A DNA stretch of 64,000 nucleotides, taken from the NCBI GenBank assembly GCA_963664815.2, contig CAXXHB010000003.1, positions 1,472,001 to 1,536,000 of the forward strand, written 5' to 3'. Shown here piece by piece: positions 60,447-64,000 of the stretch; within the stretch, counting starts at the first letter, position 1; every line of letters starts with the position of its first letter. The notes beneath the pieces are model-generated. The model made no database searches. It was not told the origin of the DNA and was given only the letters and a program-made list of their open reading frames with translations. This DNA comes from Spirochaetota bacterium (GTDB taxonomy: Bacteria; Spirochaetota; UBA4802; UBA5550). A program made the translations under genes and the position numbers.

Positions 60447-63263
60447 TTAATTTACTGCATTTTCAATGGCAGAAACAATATCTTCAAGATTATATGGCTT
60501 CTGAAGAAAACCTGCAATTTTTTCATCAGCAAATCTGGATACTATGTCAAACTCGCAATATCCGCTGGTTATAATAATCGGGATATCGGGATCTATTTTT
60601 CTTATTTCACTGAGTGCCTCGCTTCCGTCCAGTTCCGGCATTGTAAGATCAAGCATGATGCATGATATTTCATTCTTATTTTTCATAAATACTTCAATTG
60701 CCTCTTTACCGTTTCGGGCAATGTGAACCTTATAACCCGAGATATGAAGCATTTTTGTTGTAAGATCACGTATATATTTTTCATCGTCAGCAATAAGGAC
60801 TGTGAGGGACTTTACTCCTGCTGCCTGTCTCTTTTTAATTGCCTGTTTATCCTGGATACCACCCTCCAGTGAAACTGGAAAAAATATTTTAAAACATGTT
60901 CCTTCCCCAATTATACTTTTTACAGACAAACCGGCATTGTGACTTCGGATTATTCCGGAAACAGCGGAAAGGCCAAGGCCTCTTCCTGTAAATTTAGTAG
61001 TGAAGAAAGGTTCAAATATCTGTTCAAGCTTACCGCTTTCAATTCCGCAACCTGAATCGGTTATTTCAAGTACAGCATAGTTCCCAGGTATAACATTATT
61101 GCTGATGGCCAGAGTTTCAATTTCAGGTAATGTCAGTGAGGATACTGATGTCTTCACCATGATCGTACCATTATTCTCAATGGCATCTGATCCGTTAAGT
61201 ATCATGTTCAATAAAACCTGTCTTATCTGCGTGGCATCCCCTTTTATTCCGGGGAGTTCGGGTAGAAAGGAGTATGATAAATCCACTTTTTTTGATATTG
61301 ATGCTTCGAGAAGAGTATGCATGTCAATGATGAGATCGTTGAGGTTTATCTGTTCAATTATGAATGTTCCTTTTCCGGAATAGGCCAGCATCTGGTTGGT
61401 GAGCTGACTTGCCAGCTTTGTAGCGCGTTTAATTTCTATAATTCGCTGTTGAATTTCAGTATCCTGCGGGAGCTCATATAAAAGTATTTCAGAATTTCCC
61501 AGTATGCCGGTCAGAAGATTGTTGAAGTCATGAGCAATTCCACCTGCGAGTACTCCAAGACTTTCAAGTTTCTGCGCCTGCTGCATTTTAAGTTCCAGCT
61601 CAACCCGTTTAAGTTCAGCCTCTTTCTTTTCTGTTATATCAATAACAGAACCCGCAGCGCGAAGTGGTCTATTGTCAGAATCATATTCAACGATCCTGCC
61701 CCTTGAAAAAAACCATCTGTAGCTTCCGTCGGGCAATTTTGCCCTGTATTCATCTGTGTATGTTTCGTTCTTTTGGCCAAACAGCATGTTTAATGTTTTC
61801 TGTGCAGACGGGAAATCATCAGTATGAATATAGTCTTCCCATGTAATGCTGGCATCATCAATGGTATTTGATTTGAACCCTAGTAATTCACTCATTATGG
61901 TGTTCAGTATCAGTTTATTTTTTCTAATATCAACGTCCCATAGGCCAATAACACCTGCCTTCAGCGCTGTGTCGAGTCGTTCCCACATCTTTTTCAGTTC
62001 AAGCTCGGCTTCGTGTCTTTCGGTCTCATCTCTTCCTGACGAAAAAATAAGGCGTGTATTTTTAAAGGCAATACTGCTCCATCTTATTATTTTATATTCA
62101 TTATTTTTGTTGCGATACCTGTTGGTAAGTGTCATTAGTTTGTCTGACTTTTTCAGTTCAATGATGAATTCATCAGTTTTTTGAATATCATCCGGATGAA
62201 TGAGATCGTGAAAGCTCATATTTTTTACCTCATCAATCTCCCATCCCAGAATGCTTGTCCATGCGGTGTTAGCCTGTTTCAGGTCTCCGTTATAATCATG
62301 TATGGCAATCAGGTCTCCTGAATTGTTAAAGAACAGGTCACGTTCAAACTGTGATGCTCTCAGACGGGTGATATCTTCAATGAAGGTAGTAAGATATTTT
62401 TCACCGGTAAACTCATCGGTCATTTTCAGCATGTATACATTCTCATAGACAGTGGATCCGTCTTTTTTGGAACCTGTTAAATCAAAGGCATTGATAATAT
62501 CACTTTTTGACAGCCTTTCAATTAATCTTCCCCTTGCTTCTTTATCATGGTAGAGGTTTTTTGTGTTTATGATACATTTTACAAAATCATCAAGAGAGTC
62601 ATATCCGAAGATCCTGAACAGCGCATCGTTCGCATCGAGAATCTCTCCTGATATTGTTGACTGAATTATACCGATAGGTGAGTTTTCAAAAATTTTCCTG
62701 AATTTTGTTTCACTGACTCTGAGTTTATTGTTTGCTCCTTCAAGATCCATCTGATTTTTCTGGAGCTCATCCATAATGGCGGCCATTTCTTCATTCTGGG
62801 CTTCCGATTCTTCATACAGAGCTTCGATTTCTGAATTCTTTGTGCTCAGCTCATTTTCAATAAGCTTCTGACCGGAGATATCAAAAGTTATTCCATCTAC
62901 TCTTGATGGAAGGCTGTTTTTATATCTTGTAATCTGACCGTTCAGGAAGAGCCAGATGTATTCACCATTGTTCCTCTTTAAGCGATATTCAAATTCAAAA
63001 CCTTCAGGATTTTTGTTTTTTATATATTGAACAAGATTTTCTTTTATTCTATCCTGATCTTCGGGATGTACATATGCTATCCATGAATCCATTGTATATT
63101 GTTTTGTTTTTTTGTATCCAAGTTTGTCCAGCCAGAAATCATCTATATAAATCTGGTTGTTAATAATATCCCATTTCCACAAACCGATCTTTCTTTTTGT
63201 CAGGGGCATTATAATATTTATCTTTTTTGATATCTGGTTAATACGTTTAAGAAAATTTTTCAT
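60447..63263 (-). CDS. Multi-PAS hybrid histidine kinase/response regulator
   Basis: Four PAS domains; LAGGIAHDFNNLL, FTTKFTGRGLGL; C-terminal REC. Confidence 0.93.
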   Translation of the reverse strand: MKNFLKRINQISKKINIIMPLTKRKIGLWKWDIINNQIYIDDFWLDKLGYKKTKQYTMDSWIAYVHPEDQDRIKENLVQYIKNKNPEGFEFEYRLKRNNGEYIWLFLNGQITRYKNSLPSRVDGITFDISGQKLIENELSTKNSEIEALYEESEAQNEEMAAIMDELQKNQMDLEGANNKLRVSETKFRKIFENSPIGIIQSTISGEILDANDALFRIFGYDSLDDFVKCIINTKNLYHDKEARGRLIERLSKSDIINAFDLTGSKKDGSTVYENVYMLKMTDEFTGEKYLTTFIEDITRLRASQFERDLFFNNSGDLIAIHDYNGDLKQANTAWTSILGWEIDEVKNMSFHDLIHPDDIQKTDEFIIELKKSDKLMTLTNRYRNKNNEYKIIRWSSIAFKNTRLIFSSGRDETERHEAELELKKMWERLDTALKAGVIGLWDVDIRKNKLILNTIMSELLGFKSNTIDDASITWEDYIHTDDFPSAQKTLNMLFGQKNETYTDEYRAKLPDGSYRWFFSRGRIVEYDSDNRPLRAAGSVIDITEKKEAELKRVELELKMQQAQKLESLGVLAGGIAHDFNNLLTGILGNSEILLYELPQDTEIQQRIIEIKRATKLASQLTNQMLAYSGKGTFIIEQINLNDLIIDMHTLLEASISKKVDLSYSFLPELPGIKGDATQIRQVLLNMILNGSDAIENNGTIMVKTSVSSLTLPEIETLAISNNVIPGNYAVLEITDSGCGIESGKLEQIFEPFFTTKFTGRGLGLSAVSGIIRSHNAGLSVKSIIGEGTCFKIFFPVSLEGGIQDKQAIKKRQAAGVKSLTVLIADDEKYIRDLTTKMLHISGYKVHIARNGKEAIEVFMKNKNEISCIMLDLTMPELDGSEALSEIRKIDPDIPIIITSGYCEFDIVSRFADEKIAGFLQKPYNLEDIVSAIENAVN

Positions 63264-63341
63264 ATTTATACTATCCGGTTCTTTATAAGTCTTTTAAATT
63301 ACATTTTTTACTACAGGACAGATAATCCATACTGCGGGTCA

Positions 63342-63575
63342 TCAATAATCGTAAAGATTTGAAGATGGTTTACCTGTAACGATTTCACTTGAATCCCTTT
63401 CTATCCTGTTAATCAGATTCCGGAGTTTGTCTTTTGTTTCCTCCGTGTATTGTACTTCGTCACATCTCATGCATTTATAGGAGGGAACATTTTCGAGTAT
63501 AAAAGTATAATATTTACTGCTGTTTCTGTATGTACTTTTCCCTTCAATCAATACTCCGCCGCATTTACACTGCAT
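63342..63575 (-). CDS. YgiT-type zinc finger protein
   Basis: CKCGG, ENVPSYKCMRCDE; GAGGTG RBS. Confidence 0.8.
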   Translation of the reverse strand: MQCKCGGVLIEGKSTYRNSSKYYTFILENVPSYKCMRCDEVQYTEETKDKLRNLINRIERDSSEIVTGKPSSNLYDY

Positions 63576-64000
63576 TTTTTCACCTCGATTAATCTTTTCG
63601 TAATAACTTCACTGAGGCGGTTAACTGTCAATAAAATTAGATTGAGCAGGCCGGACTTTTATAATTATTATATATATTTTAAAAAGTGATCAGTTATGCA
63701 GTTTGAAATAAACAGATATGTTTTCTGTTTCAGTAATGCAGGTAGTATTTTACCAATCTGATTGTTATTAAAAAAATATTTGTCTTTTTTAACAATCCGG
63801 GAGTAATATCAGTTTTAATGTTAATAATTAAATATATTTATTATAATTCTAATTTGAGATTTGAATGAATATAAAAATTATATAATAAAATAATTTTAAA
63901 GACACTTATTTCTTGAATTAATAAAAATACTTTTATCATGTTGAACATGAATGAATTCTGACAAAGTCTGATAATTGAATCTTAAATATCAGAGCATTTT

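Noticed and set aside
63342-63575. YgiT zinc finger as an MqsA-type antitoxin of a TA pair
   Set aside because: No HTH domain and no upstream toxin ORF visible
1-64000. tRNA, rRNA, tmRNA, selenoprotein or recoded-stop genes
   Set aside because: No cloverleaf or rRNA-like sequence recognised by eye, and conserved genes end at the expected positions; tRNAscan/Infernal were not run

Overview
Gene-dense, AT-rich bacterial chromosome segment. The gene content (FecR-Fn3 proteins beside an adenylate cyclase, DUF342/FapA, bactofilin, several small beta-barrels, ETF and a 2[4Fe-4S] ferredoxin) suggests an anaerobic Spirochaetota/Leptospirae-related organism; this is inference. About 58 CDS are supported. 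Housekeeping genes: topB, rarA, yhbY, asd, tatA, proS, etfBA, rpmB, rsmD, thiL, gltX, glnS. Signalling genes: a class III adenylate cyclase, two HD-GYP-type proteins, two PAS kinases and a REC-PAS-LuxR regulator. There is also an SPFH/DUF4178/DUF350/membrane spermidine-synthase operon. I found no tRNA, rRNA, CRISPR array, transposase or integrase. Most notable observations: (1) a ~0.9 kb cassette at 24919-25844 with an HMG-box-like basic gene and a degenerate 11-bp-periodic array, bounded by 25-bp direct repeats with a palindromic core; (2) two candidate trans-envelope cyclic-nucleotide signalling operons (cyclase-FecR/Fn3-barrel; barrel-Kelch-TPR/HD-GYP-degenerate MinD); (3) a 2-kb toxin-antitoxin turnover site with gene remnants and a 9-bp-periodic inverted-repeat element; (4) a four-copy dispersed hairpin repeat family; (5) strong intergenic enrichment of TCCGGA; (6) a CTG-initiated radical SAM gene and a ferredoxin missed by the ORF track.
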